In this document: in pieces, positions 18,827 to 29,249 of the stretch
Numbering within the stretch: position 1 is the first letter of the stretch
Layout: the number at the start of each line of letters is the position of its first letter
Assembly (NCBI GenBank): GCA_964574765.1
Contig: CAZNPC010000004.1
Coordinates: forward strand, 1-60,197
DNA: 60,197 bases
Reading direction: 5' to 3'
Source: an uncultured Nitrospirales bacterium
GTDB taxonomy: Bacteria; Nitrospirota; Thermodesulfovibrionia; UBA6902; BMS3Bbin08
The notes under the pieces: generated by a model
Told to the model about the DNA's origin: nothing
Seen by the model: only the letters and a program-made list of their open reading frames with translations
Database searches by the model: none
Program-made: the position numbers and the translations under genes

Positions 18827-18849
18827 AATGGGTATATAAAATACCCATT
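18827..18849. promoter_or_regulatory. Perfect palindrome, candidate operator
   Basis: AATGGGTAT-ataaa-ATACCCATT between the LuxR-fusion gene and the two-CW genes. Confidence 0.5.
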
Positions 18850-18873
18850 AAAATGAGGGCTAACCTGTTGATT

Positions 18874-21828
18874 TTAAAGTCTTTGTAGGAAAGTTGTGAG
18901 GTTAATATCCTTTTGGGATATGCCTAATTTTTTCCTGATATTCTTGCGGTGCTTATCTACTGTCTGGTTGGAAACATTTAATAAATCAGCGATATCTTTG
19001 CTGGTAAGGCCGCCGCGTATCATACTGCAGATCTCAACTTCTTTTGGCGAGAGATTTGCACTTTTTTCTGTTATTTTCCGGCCGAATGAAGAAGCCATCT
19101 TTTTTAAATGATGCTCGAGCAGTTCGCTATATTTATTTGTCATTCCTTTCATTCGGAATTTTCTTATAATCGGCAGCAACAGCTTTTCAATATTTGTTGA
19201 TATATCTTCCTCTATCTTATTCTTTTCCGCATCGACCTGACTAAGTACCTCTCTAAGGGCTATATTTTTTTCTTCCAAAGCTTTCCTTTGATTATCTAAT
19301 TCCAGATTATAAGACTTTAATAATTTCTCTGCCTTCTTACGCTCGGTGATATCTTCTGCTGTAGCTAATAAATGTTTTTTCCCTTTGAGTTCAATAATTT
19401 CCGCTGAGTAGAGTAAAAAGCGCTCCTGTCCGGTCTTGGTAAGGAGTTTAAGCTCTATATCGCGGACTGATCCTTCTTTTAACAGGCCTTTCATGTTTTC
19501 CTCATACTTTTCCTTATCGACAAACATATTCAATTCATCCATAGTAGTGCCAATTATCTCTTCGCGTTTATACCCTGTCATACGATAATGGCTTTCATTA
19601 ACCTCAACCCTGCGTTTATTCTCCATATCAATGAGAGTAATCGCATTGGGATTCGATTGAAACGCTTTTGAGTACTTCTCCTCGCTCTCCCGCAGGGCTT
19701 TTTCGGCTTTCTTTTTTTCCGTGATATCTCTTGCCAGTGTTAACATATGTTCTTTACCGCCAAGTCTTATAAGTTCAGAGGATAAGAGACAAGTGCGTAT
19801 TTCTCCTGATTTCGCGCGTATATCCGCTTCAAAATTTTTTACAGTGCCCCGGTCTTTCAGGATTTTTATCAGCCCGGAACGCTGCTCGCCATGAAACCAG
19901 ATGTCCAGTTCAAAAGTAGTCTTGTCAATGGATTCTTCAGGTGAATAGCCTGTTATCGCCTCGAATCCTTCGTTAGTATCTATAATGAGCCCGTCTTTTG
20001 GTAAGCTTATCATTATTGCATCAGGGCTGGAATGAAATGCCTTTGAGAATTTATCTTCAGATGCCAGCAGGGCCTCCTCTGCCTTCATGCGTTTGGCAAT
20101 ATCCCGCTTTAATGCCTCGTTAATTTTAAATAAATCACCTGTGCGTTCGGCAACCAGTTCTCCAAGATGGTCGCGATGCTTCTTCAACTCTTCTTCAGCC
20201 CGCTTACGCTCATTGATTTCTTTTTTCAGGGCTTTATTGGCCAGTTCCAGTTCTTTTGTCCTTCCCTGAACAAGTTCTTCCAGATGGTCGCGATATTTCC
20301 TTAATTCTTCATCTGCCTTCTTGCGTTCGGTGATGTCTCTTGTGAGTGTTAACATATGTTCACTGCCGCCGAGCTTGATGAGTTCAGCAGAAATCAGACA
20401 TGTGCGTATCTCACCTGACTTTCCATGAAAATCTATTTCCTCGTCATGAACCCTTCCCCGGCTTATTAAGGTGTCAATGAAATTGGTACGGTCTTCTGTA
20501 TTTACCCAGAGGTTCAGCTCAAAAGCGGTTTTTCCAATTAACTCTTCACGTGAGTAACCGGACAGGAATTCAGACCCCTCGTTGGCATCAATAATGAGAC
20601 CATTCTTTAACCTGCTTATCATTACTGCATCAGGACTGGAGCGAAAAGCCTTTGAAAACTTTTCCTCACTTTCCTTCAGTTCTTCCTCAGACCGTTTCCT
20701 GCCGGTAACATCACGTACTATAGCCTGCAGGTATTTCCCTGAACTCAGCTCAATTGCATTTAAACTCACCTCTGCGTCAAAGAAAGCTCCGTCATACTTC
20801 TGATGTTTCCATTCAAAAAATTGCGGGTTGCCGCTGTATGCAGCCTGTATCTTTTCCAGCGCCTTTTCTACAGAATCTCTGCCATCCGGTTGCACTGATG
20901 GAGAAAACCTGTAAGGAGGCTGATTAATGATTTGTTCCCGTGTGCATCCGAACATCTCAAGGGTCTTCCGGTTACAGTTAATAAACAAATCATCTTTCAT
21001 AATAAATATGGCATCGTTTGCTGATTCAAAAAGTGTGCGATAACGGTTTTCACTTTCCTGCAGATCATTATCCCTCAGTTGAATCTGCGTCAGCATTTCA
21101 TTAAACGAGCCAATGAGATAGCCCACCTCATCTTCACTTTGTTTGACAGCGCGGACAGAATAATCCTTCTTCTCAGCAACTTCACCTGCTGTTTTTGCAA
21201 GTGATAGAATCGGCATGGATATTACTTTTTGGATTTTTGAGGACAAGGCATAGGAAACGATGGACGATAACAGTAACATCAGAGTCAACGCTACTGCACT
21301 TTGTTTGATGAATGTCGATAGTTCACTCAGGTCAGATTGCAGGTAAACTGTTCCAATAGGCCGGTTGTTAAGAATAACCCGCTTGAATATAACCAGTCTG
21401 TCCCTGTCAAAACTGTAACCATCCTCTTGTGGTTCGGGAGATGGAGTATCAGAACTGGAGCCTTCCCGCCGGTACGTGGTGAATACTGTCCCGTCACTGC
21501 GATACACGCTCGCAGACGCTATCGATTTTTTAGCGCGAAGGGATTCAAGCACTTCGCTTGCATCCTCGGGATCGTCAAATGACAGCGCCCCTGCAGTGTT
21601 ATCTGCAAGCATCTTTGCCTGCGTAGAGAGGTCAATCACCATACGCTGGCGAAAAGAGAACCACTCGTAAGTTATAAATGCCCCCCCGGCCAGCAACATT
21701 ACAGTTGAACTGACAAGCATGATAATCAGCACTATTTTATGCCTGATAGTCACCTTGCCGAGACCTCCAATACCAGGTGCTTTATTTTTTCTGTATTCTT
21801 TATCTCCCCTCATCTTAATCCTCAACAA
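18874..21828 (-). CDS. Membrane sensor-regulator: CHASE-type periplasmic domain, HAMP, 4 PAS, LuxR-type HTH
   Basis: Two TM helices around an ALSFDD..A..VL sensor; HAMP ([14 protein letters not shown]); four PAS/PAC (..DITERK); C-terminal [43 protein letters not shown]. Confidence 0.9.
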   Translation of the reverse strand: MLRIKMRGDKEYRKNKAPGIGGLGKVTIRHKIVLIIMLVSSTVMLLAGGAFITYEWFSFRQRMVIDLSTQAKMLADNTAGALSFDDPEDASEVLESLRAKKSIASASVYRSDGTVFTTYRREGSSSDTPSPEPQEDGYSFDRDRLVIFKRVILNNRPIGTVYLQSDLSELSTFIKQSAVALTLMLLLSSIVSYALSSKIQKVISMPILSLAKTAGEVAEKKDYSVRAVKQSEDEVGYLIGSFNEMLTQIQLRDNDLQESENRYRTLFESANDAIFIMKDDLFINCNRKTLEMFGCTREQIINQPPYRFSPSVQPDGRDSVEKALEKIQAAYSGNPQFFEWKHQKYDGAFFDAEVSLNAIELSSGKYLQAIVRDVTGRKRSEEELKESEEKFSKAFRSSPDAVMISRLKNGLIIDANEGSEFLSGYSREELIGKTAFELNLWVNTEDRTNFIDTLISRGRVHDEEIDFHGKSGEIRTCLISAELIKLGGSEHMLTLTRDITERKKADEELRKYRDHLEELVQGRTKELELANKALKKEINERKRAEEELKKHRDHLGELVAERTGDLFKINEALKRDIAKRMKAEEALLASEDKFSKAFHSSPDAIMISLPKDGLIIDTNEGFEAITGYSPEESIDKTTFELDIWFHGEQRSGLIKILKDRGTVKNFEADIRAKSGEIRTCLLSSELIRLGGKEHMLTLARDITEKKKAEKALRESEEKYSKAFQSNPNAITLIDMENKRRVEVNESHYRMTGYKREEIIGTTMDELNMFVDKEKYEENMKGLLKEGSVRDIELKLLTKTGQERFLLYSAEIIELKGKKHLLATAEDITERKKAEKLLKSYNLELDNQRKALEEKNIALREVLSQVDAEKNKIEEDISTNIEKLLLPIIRKFRMKGMTNKYSELLEHHLKKMASSFGRKITEKSANLSPKEVEICSMIRGGLTSKDIADLLNVSNQTVDKHRKNIRKKLGISQKDINLTTFLQRL

Positions 21829-22384
21829 TTCGTGTAGCTACTCTGAGCAGTTTGGAACGAAACCTGATCCCAACACGCCCGGCGGCCTCTTTGTTAATCT
21901 CAAATCGTACATAGTCTCCCTTTTTAATAAAATTTATCATCCCTCCCAACTCACCAAAACCATCCATCTCGCTAACTGTCAGAACCGGGTATTTTTTCAG
22001 CGACTTAAGGATTCCTTCCATGCTTTTTTCGAGCGAAGAGCTGATGAACAACAGGTGGCAGTTTTTCAATGAATCAGCTTCTGAACCTTTTTTAAACCGT
22101 TTAATAACAAGTTTCCTGTCATAAACGGTTTCTCCTTCGACCGATTCAAAAGCATCACCAAAGGAATCTTTGCCGAGTATACCGATTATAATGGTACCCT
22201 CGGAATTATCAATCGTATCCTGCGGCCAATCAGCAAAAAAAAGGAATTTATAAAGAAATACTGCTTTGATCTGATATTCAGACGCGGCATCGATGTTTCC
22301 AATGGCCTGCGGTGGAACACTTACCAGAAAAAACATAAGGATAAGCAGAACTTTTACTATCTGTTGTCTTAACACCAGTAACAT
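21815..22384 (-). CDS. YfiR/HmsC-family periplasmic protein
   Basis: [39 protein letters not shown] and SKLLRVA motifs. Confidence 0.9.
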   Translation of the reverse strand: MLLVLRQQIVKVLLILMFFLVSVPPQAIGNIDAASEYQIKAVFLYKFLFFADWPQDTIDNSEGTIIIGILGKDSFGDAFESVEGETVYDRKLVIKRFKKGSEADSLKNCHLLFISSSLEKSMEGILKSLKKYPVLTVSEMDGFGELGGMINFIKKGDYVRFEINKEAAGRVGIRFRSKLLRVATRIVED

Positions 22385-22424
22385 ATTCCTGTACCTTTAT
22401 TACATTAATCCATTCTTTTACTTT

Positions 22425-24449
22425 TCAAAACCTGTAAGTTACCTTGGTGTAGAAGCTTCGCTCGATTTCGGAGTGAGTGCCAAACGCCTTCTCGCCGTGT
22501 TCGGTCCCATGATTGTCAAAAATATCCTGTCCGACCAGACTTAACTCAAGATTGTCTTTAGGCATCCAGCCAAGCCGAATATCTACGCGAACGGATTTAT
22601 CGATCTCAGCGGTAGAAAATCCAGTAATTTCATCGATATAAAAGACCCCTGCGTCCAGTTGAAAGTTGTGGGGCAAGTCAAGGTAGGAATGAACATGAAA
22701 CTGGTTTTCCGGGGTCTCCCCTTCAATATTATCTGTTACTTCATCCCCGTGGAGATCCATTTCCACAAACGTATAGCTTCCCTTTAATTTCCACCAGTCG
22801 GTGGGCTGCCAGTCGGCATATATTTCAAATCCGTAAACCTCTCCCTCTCCGGTATTGCCTATAAAGGCCGGTAAAACAAATGCTCCTTTATCATTGATAA
22901 AAGGCTCTCCCAATCCCTGTTCACTGTCAAGAAAAATCAGTTTATCGTAGTCATTAAAATAAAGAGAAAAATCGAAAAAAAGCTTTGCTGTCGGCTTCAG
23001 ACGATAACCCAGTTCATACGCAACCATCTCTTCGGAATCCACATCATCCTGACCGGTTAGCTGTACATAACCTGCCGGCTGTCCGGGGAATAGAGAGTCC
23101 GGTGGAAGGGACTGGGAATTTGCATAAATATCACGCTCTACCCTGTTTGGTGTACGGACAGCCCTGGAAACCGCGGCCCAGAGTTGATGTCGTTCATGCG
23201 GCAGCCATAGTATGCGGGCACTTGGTTGTACTTCAAAGCCTGTATAGTCATTATGCTCAAACTTTGAGCCCAGTGTCAGGCGAAGAACCTTGTCAATCAG
23301 GGTGATTTCATCCTGCACAAAGGAACTAAAAATATCTGCGCTCTGACTCTCAGGGTCAAAAGAAATGGCGGGTCCTGAACCAAGGTCATCATGAGTAAAG
23401 CGGTAGCCCAGTCCCCACATCAGATCATGACGTCCAAATGCAAATAAATGCTGAAAATCAATATCAAAGGTATCCTGCACTATATTAACATTCACATTGT
23501 CTTCGCGGTCAGTCCGGTCATAATAAACCTGAAGGGTTATGGCAGATGTCTCTGAGAACTTTCGAGTCCAGCGTCCCAGTAAATTTCCTCCCTGTACTGT
23601 GTTTTCCACAGGGTAAACCACGGCATAAGGGGGAGTGAGGACTGGAATGTCGTCTGCAATGTCATTGGTCTCGCCATAATAAATATCACCCTGCACGGTT
23701 ATCAGGTCATCTCCTGAGCCATCCCAGTCTGCCCGGAAACCTGTCCGGAACATTTCCCAGTCGTCATTCATATCATCTAACCCTTCAGACTCTTCGAAAC
23801 GGGTACGGGTTGATTTATCTCTTTCGAAGTACTTGGTGTAGACGCGCCAATATATATCACCGCTTCGGCCCCCATACCTTATGCCACCAAACCCTGACTC
23901 TTCGTTTCCGGCACCTGCATGGAGAATGCCCCCCTGTGTATCTTTAGCACTCCTGGTAATGATGTTGATAACGCCGTTCATGGCGTTGGCGCCCCAGAGT
24001 GTGCCACCAGGTCCACGAATGACCTCTATGCGCTCAATGTCTTCCAGCATGACATCCTGAGTTTCCCAAAAAACACCTGAAAATGTGGGTGAATAAACAC
24101 TGCGTCCATCAATAAGAACCAGAAGTTTACCGGCTAGCTCCTGTTGAAAACCCCTGATACTGACAGCCCATTTATGGGAATTGATGCGGCCTACATGCAC
24201 GCCGGGTGCCAACCGAAGGGCCTCTGCAATGCTGGTAACCCCTGAGCGCCGGATGTCTTCCCGGGTGATAACAAATATGGCAGCCGGAGATTCTGTCAGT
24301 TTCTGAGGCTTTTTGGCAACTGAGGTAATCTTAATCTCGAGCAATTCCTCCAGAGATATTTGAAATAGTGATTTGTTCTCCTGTGAATAAGATTTTACGG
24401 CCCCGAAAAACTGAATCACGATAACAAGGAAAATAATGGTCTTTCTCAT
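22425..24449 (-). CDS. TonB-dependent receptor (YfiR-associated type)
   Basis: SLEELLEIKITSV, plug motif IERIEVIRGPGGTLWGANAMNGVINIIT, C-terminal Phe. Confidence 0.93.
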   Translation of the reverse strand: MRKTIIFLVIVIQFFGAVKSYSQENKSLFQISLEELLEIKITSVAKKPQKLTESPAAIFVITREDIRRSGVTSIAEALRLAPGVHVGRINSHKWAVSIRGFQQELAGKLLVLIDGRSVYSPTFSGVFWETQDVMLEDIERIEVIRGPGGTLWGANAMNGVINIITRSAKDTQGGILHAGAGNEESGFGGIRYGGRSGDIYWRVYTKYFERDKSTRTRFEESEGLDDMNDDWEMFRTGFRADWDGSGDDLITVQGDIYYGETNDIADDIPVLTPPYAVVYPVENTVQGGNLLGRWTRKFSETSAITLQVYYDRTDREDNVNVNIVQDTFDIDFQHLFAFGRHDLMWGLGYRFTHDDLGSGPAISFDPESQSADIFSSFVQDEITLIDKVLRLTLGSKFEHNDYTGFEVQPSARILWLPHERHQLWAAVSRAVRTPNRVERDIYANSQSLPPDSLFPGQPAGYVQLTGQDDVDSEEMVAYELGYRLKPTAKLFFDFSLYFNDYDKLIFLDSEQGLGEPFINDKGAFVLPAFIGNTGEGEVYGFEIYADWQPTDWWKLKGSYTFVEMDLHGDEVTDNIEGETPENQFHVHSYLDLPHNFQLDAGVFYIDEITGFSTAEIDKSVRVDIRLGWMPKDNLELSLVGQDIFDNHGTEHGEKAFGTHSEIERSFYTKVTYRF

Positions 24450-24606
24450 TTTCTCCCTCTCTTTTATCTATGAAAATTCAACTGTTCGTTGACGAAGTTC
24501 AGTCAATTCAGTTATAAGCTGCTCTTTTTTATTTTCGTCTTTCATATTGATTTACTGAATGAGTAAAAAATCATTAGATAAACGTAAGTTAATACACTTC
24601 GGTTGA

Positions 24607-24635
24607 AATATACAGTCTTTTAGACGGTCTGTCAA
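24607..24635 (-). promoter_or_regulatory. Sigma70 promoter for the TBDR-YfiR-LuxR operon
   Basis: Minus strand TTGACA-17 bp-TATATT. Confidence 0.7.
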
Positions 24636-24737
24636 TTATTTGCTATAATGAAGAAAACTTAGTCCTGAATACAGTCAATATGCGGATAAAGAATACCGTA
24701 AAAAAAAAGAGTGAGACAACTAATTAGAACTGCACCA

Positions 24738-27700
24738 TCATATCGTCGGCAATGATATCGTAAACGTCGAGCCTTTATCTTTTTTGCTTTTAATATCTAT
24801 TTTCCCTCTGTGATCTTCAACAATTCGGTACATTATGGACAAACCCAGCCCCATTCCCCTGTCAGGTGACTTAGTTGTATAAAACGGGTTTAGAATGTTC
24901 TTAATATCATCTTCAGATATGCCGCACCCTGTATCTTCAAAAGATATCTTTATATGTTTCTTATTTCTGCTTAAAGCCGTTTTTATGGTTATCTCCCCCC
25001 CTTCAAGCCTGTTACAGATCTCAATAGCGTCCCGCGCATTGGTTAAAATATTAATAAAAGCCTGCTCCATTTGGTTAGCGTCGGCCATGATGTTCGGGAG
25101 GTCTTTAGCAAGAACCGTTATTAAACGGATATTGCGTATCCTGAACTGTTCATTGAGAAGCATTAATGAATCTTCAACAGGCCTGTTAACATCTGTTTCC
25201 TTAAACTCAAACTCAGACTTTTTGGCAAACATGCGCATATGCCTGATTATCTTGTCCATTCTGTTTGACTGCTCAACAATTTTATTCAGATCACTTGTTA
25301 GAGGGCTGTCTTTATCCAGGTCCATCAGCACTGCCTGCGCAAAACCCTTTATGCCTGTCAGGGGCTGATTAAGCTCGTGTGATATGCCGGCCGCAAGCTG
25401 GCCTATTGCCGCCATTTTGCTTGACTGCAGAAGCTGTTCCTGGGTTTCCTTAAGCTCTCTAAACGCTCCTTCCAACTCTGATTCCGCCCTCTTGCGTTTT
25501 GTTATGTCATCATAAACAGCTACTACTTCTCCTGAGGGCAGTTTGTACACATAATTTTCCACCCAATGTGAAATACGACTGTCTTTATATAAAGTCAAAG
25601 GCAGGTGTTCCGGCTTCCCGGTTCTCCATACCCTTTGAAACACATCAAAAAGGCCCAATTCTTTGACCCCGGGGAACATATCAGTAACCCTTCTGCCAAT
25701 AATCGATTCCCTCTTTATGTCACTGATCGCTTCTCCTGACTTGTTAATATCAAGGAATAAAAAGTCTTCCCCATCTTCCTCAGCCTTGTACACAGCGACT
25801 CCGCTGCTCATATTGTTAAACAGTTCCTTGAACCTCAGCTCGCTGTTCTGAATTGCTTCTTCAGCCCTCTTGCGTTCGGTAATGTCTCTTGAAATCGCCC
25901 TGGTTCCTATGAATTTGTTATTCTCATCCATTTCAACAAAAACATTCAGGATAACAGGGAAAACCGTACCGTCTTTCCGAACAATATTCCTCTCTATGTT
26001 TAACAGGTTTCTCTTTTTGGAAACACTTGGGAATAGCTTTTCAAAAAACGACTTTGATTCGTCTGTGAAAAAATCCGTAAGCGGCCTGCCGACGACTTCA
26101 TCTTTTTCATAACCAAGCATGTTAAGCCACGTCCTGTTACACTCGGTTATTATCCCTTTCTTATCAAGGGAATGGTACATGTCAGGGGCATTGTCATACA
26201 AATCCTGATATTTTTCCTCTGATCTTTTGAGTTTATCTTCTGCCTGCTTGCGCTCTGTAATATCTGTAAGAAGCCATATTTCACCTTTACCATAGCTATA
26301 CCCGATAAATTCAATATAACAATAACTGCCGCATTTCTTTGTGACAGGCAAGACACGGGCGAAAGGAAAACCGGCGATTCTGTCCTGATCATAATACCCG
26401 CGTATTGTATCCGCTTCTCTGCCGTATAGTTTCGTAAACCAGGCGTCAAGTGTGGTAATCTCCGCACGGGTGTATCCTATCATTTGTTCTACAGCCCTGT
26501 TTAAATATATTCTATCTTTTTCTAAATAAATTGCCCCTCTCGGCAGGTTCTCAACCATCAGTCTGAACTTTTCTTCACTTTCTTTAAGCAGCTTCTCAGC
26601 ATTTTTACGTTCGGTGATATCTCTGCCGTACAGGTTCACATACCCATGTTCCGGTATTGGAACAAGGTTGTAGGAAAAAACTTTACTGTCTACAATGACT
26701 TCTAACATGAAATAAGACTTCTTCTCCTTAAATGACTCGCCTATGAGGTTATCAAGATTCTCCGGCAGGAGCTGAAAAATATCCTCATCTTTTAATCCGG
26801 ATTCCTGCATCAGACAGTCGAATGCTTCATTCTTATAGAGAACGGTTTTATCTCTGCTAACCCTTAAAACGGGATTCGGGTTCTCAGAAGGGAACTTCGC
26901 AAGACTTTCAATTTCTTCTTCCGCTTTCTTGCGCTCTGTGATATCGCGGGCTATGACGAAATAGAATATTTCGTCATCCATATCAACCGGATAAGCCGAG
27001 GATTCAAACGTAAGGTAGTCACCATTATTAATTTTGTATCGATATTCCAGATTTCTTAAAGACCCTTTGCCAGAGACCAGGCCATTCCAGGCGGTAATAA
27101 CTTTTTCACGGTCATCCGGATAAACCATGTTTAAAGAATCCTCACTATATTTCGATTCCGAACCAAAACGTTTTCTCCAGGCCTTATTTGACCATAACGG
27201 CCTGGCTGATGCATCAGCTAATGTAATAAGATCGTTTGAGCTTTCAAAGAGCAGGCGGAATCTTTCTTCGCTTTTACTTAATCCCTCCTCTGCTTTCTTG
27301 CGGTCAGTGATGTCTTCGACTGTACAGATCATTCCATTGAACTTACCGTCTTCAAGTCTTGGGATTAGCCATCCGGCCTGATAACTCTCGCGGCCTGATG
27401 GGATAACAACAGGAAGCGCGTCATATTTCACAGGTTTCAGGTCTTTTTTTGCCTTTAAATAATAAGGCCTGAAATATTTAAGGGTATTCTCCGGGAAACC
27501 CGTTAAAACATGCATATTTTTTATCTGCTCCCCGGGAATTCCAGCAATATCTGTCATAGCTCTGTTAGTGTAGAAGACCACATCATCTTTGTTAGTCACC
27601 CAGACTCCATTATTAATTCCATTCAATATGCTGTTAAAGAAATCCTTGGATCCATGTATCTCTTTCTCTACCCTGGCACAATGGTCTATCTCTTTATGCA

Positions 27701-28193
27701 GCCGCTCCACTGCTGAGGTCAGCTCTGAGGTGCGTTCCTGTACCAGATTTTCAATCTCTTCTCTTGACCTTATGAGTGCCTCTTCTGCCTGTTTGCGCTT
27801 TGAGATGTCCCTTACAAGCTCGATCCCCGCGATTATTTCACCATTCAGGCCTTTTAGAACAGAAGCTGTATGCTCATAGTATCTTATTCCTTCATTTGTA
27901 TTGCTGATACGCTCCACCGTGCGGGTCTTGCCGTCCCTGAACGATATGGAAAGATGACATCCTTCACAAATTCTATCCCTGTCCTGATATGCTTTGTAGC
28001 AGTACTCTCCGATGTGGTCACCTGCAAGATCACGGTGGGCACTGTTCTGGTATATGACCCTGTAGTCAGTGTCCTGAACAGTTACAAGATCACCGATTGC
28101 ATCAATAATTCCGGCAGTGTTAATATGGTTTAGAATCATGTTATTGGATATATACTCCATATCTCGCGGCAAATAAAATAATACAGAACACAT
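24738..28193 (-). CDS. Soluble multi-PAS (about 7) sensor histidine kinase
   Basis: Repeated PAS/PAC; H-box AAGISHELNQPL, N-box NARDA, G1 DTGCGI, F NPFYTTK, G2 GMGLGL; no TM helix. The start may be a downstream Met. Confidence 0.93.
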   Translation of the reverse strand: MCSVLFYLPRDMEYISNNMILNHINTAGIIDAIGDLVTVQDTDYRVIYQNSAHRDLAGDHIGEYCYKAYQDRDRICEGCHLSISFRDGKTRTVERISNTNEGIRYYEHTASVLKGLNGEIIAGIELVRDISKRKQAEEALIRSREEIENLVQERTSELTSAVERLHKEIDHCARVEKEIHGSKDFFNSILNGINNGVWVTNKDDVVFYTNRAMTDIAGIPGEQIKNMHVLTGFPENTLKYFRPYYLKAKKDLKPVKYDALPVVIPSGRESYQAGWLIPRLEDGKFNGMICTVEDITDRKKAEEGLSKSEERFRLLFESSNDLITLADASARPLWSNKAWRKRFGSESKYSEDSLNMVYPDDREKVITAWNGLVSGKGSLRNLEYRYKINNGDYLTFESSAYPVDMDDEIFYFVIARDITERKKAEEEIESLAKFPSENPNPVLRVSRDKTVLYKNEAFDCLMQESGLKDEDIFQLLPENLDNLIGESFKEKKSYFMLEVIVDSKVFSYNLVPIPEHGYVNLYGRDITERKNAEKLLKESEEKFRLMVENLPRGAIYLEKDRIYLNRAVEQMIGYTRAEITTLDAWFTKLYGREADTIRGYYDQDRIAGFPFARVLPVTKKCGSYCYIEFIGYSYGKGEIWLLTDITERKQAEDKLKRSEEKYQDLYDNAPDMYHSLDKKGIITECNRTWLNMLGYEKDEVVGRPLTDFFTDESKSFFEKLFPSVSKKRNLLNIERNIVRKDGTVFPVILNVFVEMDENNKFIGTRAISRDITERKRAEEAIQNSELRFKELFNNMSSGVAVYKAEEDGEDFLFLDINKSGEAISDIKRESIIGRRVTDMFPGVKELGLFDVFQRVWRTGKPEHLPLTLYKDSRISHWVENYVYKLPSGEVVAVYDDITKRKRAESELEGAFRELKETQEQLLQSSKMAAIGQLAAGISHELNQPLTGIKGFAQAVLMDLDKDSPLTSDLNKIVEQSNRMDKIIRHMRMFAKKSEFEFKETDVNRPVEDSLMLLNEQFRIRNIRLITVLAKDLPNIMADANQMEQAFINILTNARDAIEICNRLEGGEITIKTALSRNKKHIKISFEDTGCGISEDDIKNILNPFYTTKSPDRGMGLGLSIMYRIVEDHRGKIDIKSKKDKGSTFTISLPTI

Positions 28194-28453
28194 TTCACAT
28201 ATATGCCAACTCCTTAATATAAGGATTTAGCAGTATATAAAAATATACACGAATCAAGGAAATTAAATTATTTTGAAATCACTAGAAATGATATTATATC
28301 TATTTATACCATATTATCAACATAAGTCAAGATAAATATATTGATATCCATTTAATTATTACCCTCTTTTGAATGGGGTCAGGTCCCGCCACACTACAAG
28401 GCGGGCAGGCTTGTATTTTAACATTCTTGTTAAATTATGCTATATTACCAATT

Positions 28454-29236
28454 ATGGCTAGGCCTCTAAGAATTGAATATAACGGAGCAATCTATCACAT
28501 TACTTCGCGTGGAAATGCAAAAAACCCCATATATAAATACAATTTTGATAGGCGGAATTTTCTGGATATTCTAAACAAGGTGAACAAGCGATATAATTGG
28601 CTCTGTCATGCATACTGTCTGATGAATAACCACTACCACCTTATTATAGAAACCTCGGATGGAAATCTGTCAAAAGGAATGAAACAGCTAAATGGTGTTT
28701 ACACGCAGTGGTTTAATGCTGTACACAAAAAGGTGGGACATTTATTCCAGGGCAGATACAAGGCAATTTTAATAGAGAGAGAAAATCACTTACTGGAAGC
28801 CTGTAGATATGTTGCATTAAACCCGGTAAGAGCAAAAGCAGTAGATCATCCTGAAAAATGGAAATGGAATAGTTATAACTCAACATCAGGCAAAAATAAA
28901 CTTCATCCATGTTTGACAGCAGACTGGACACTGAATCAATTCGGGAAAAGGAAAAAAGAAGCAATAAGCAAATACAAAGAGTTTGTTCAGGCAGGAATTG
29001 GAGGGGATAGATTATATAATAAAGTAACCGGTCAGAGCATACTGGGTGATGACGGTTTTATTGATGAAATGAGCAGATATATAAGGGAACATGAAAAAAT
29101 AAAAGAAATAACAAAAGAACAAAGATATATAAACAGGCCGGGGCTTAGAGAAATCTTTTCTGAAGAGGTGTTAGCAGATAAACCTGAAAGGAACAGGAAA
29201 ATATTACATGCTGTTGAAAAGTTTGGCTATAGTTAG
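28454..29236 (+). mobile_element. REP-associated tyrosine transposase (RAYT/IS200-like Y1 HUH), possibly C-terminally truncated
   Basis: MARPLRIEYNGAIYHITSRGN, YCLMNNHYHL (HUH), GHLFQGRYK and RYVALNPVRA motifs; start at ATG 28454. Confidence 0.88.
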
Positions 29237-29249
29237 AATTTTGAGTTAC

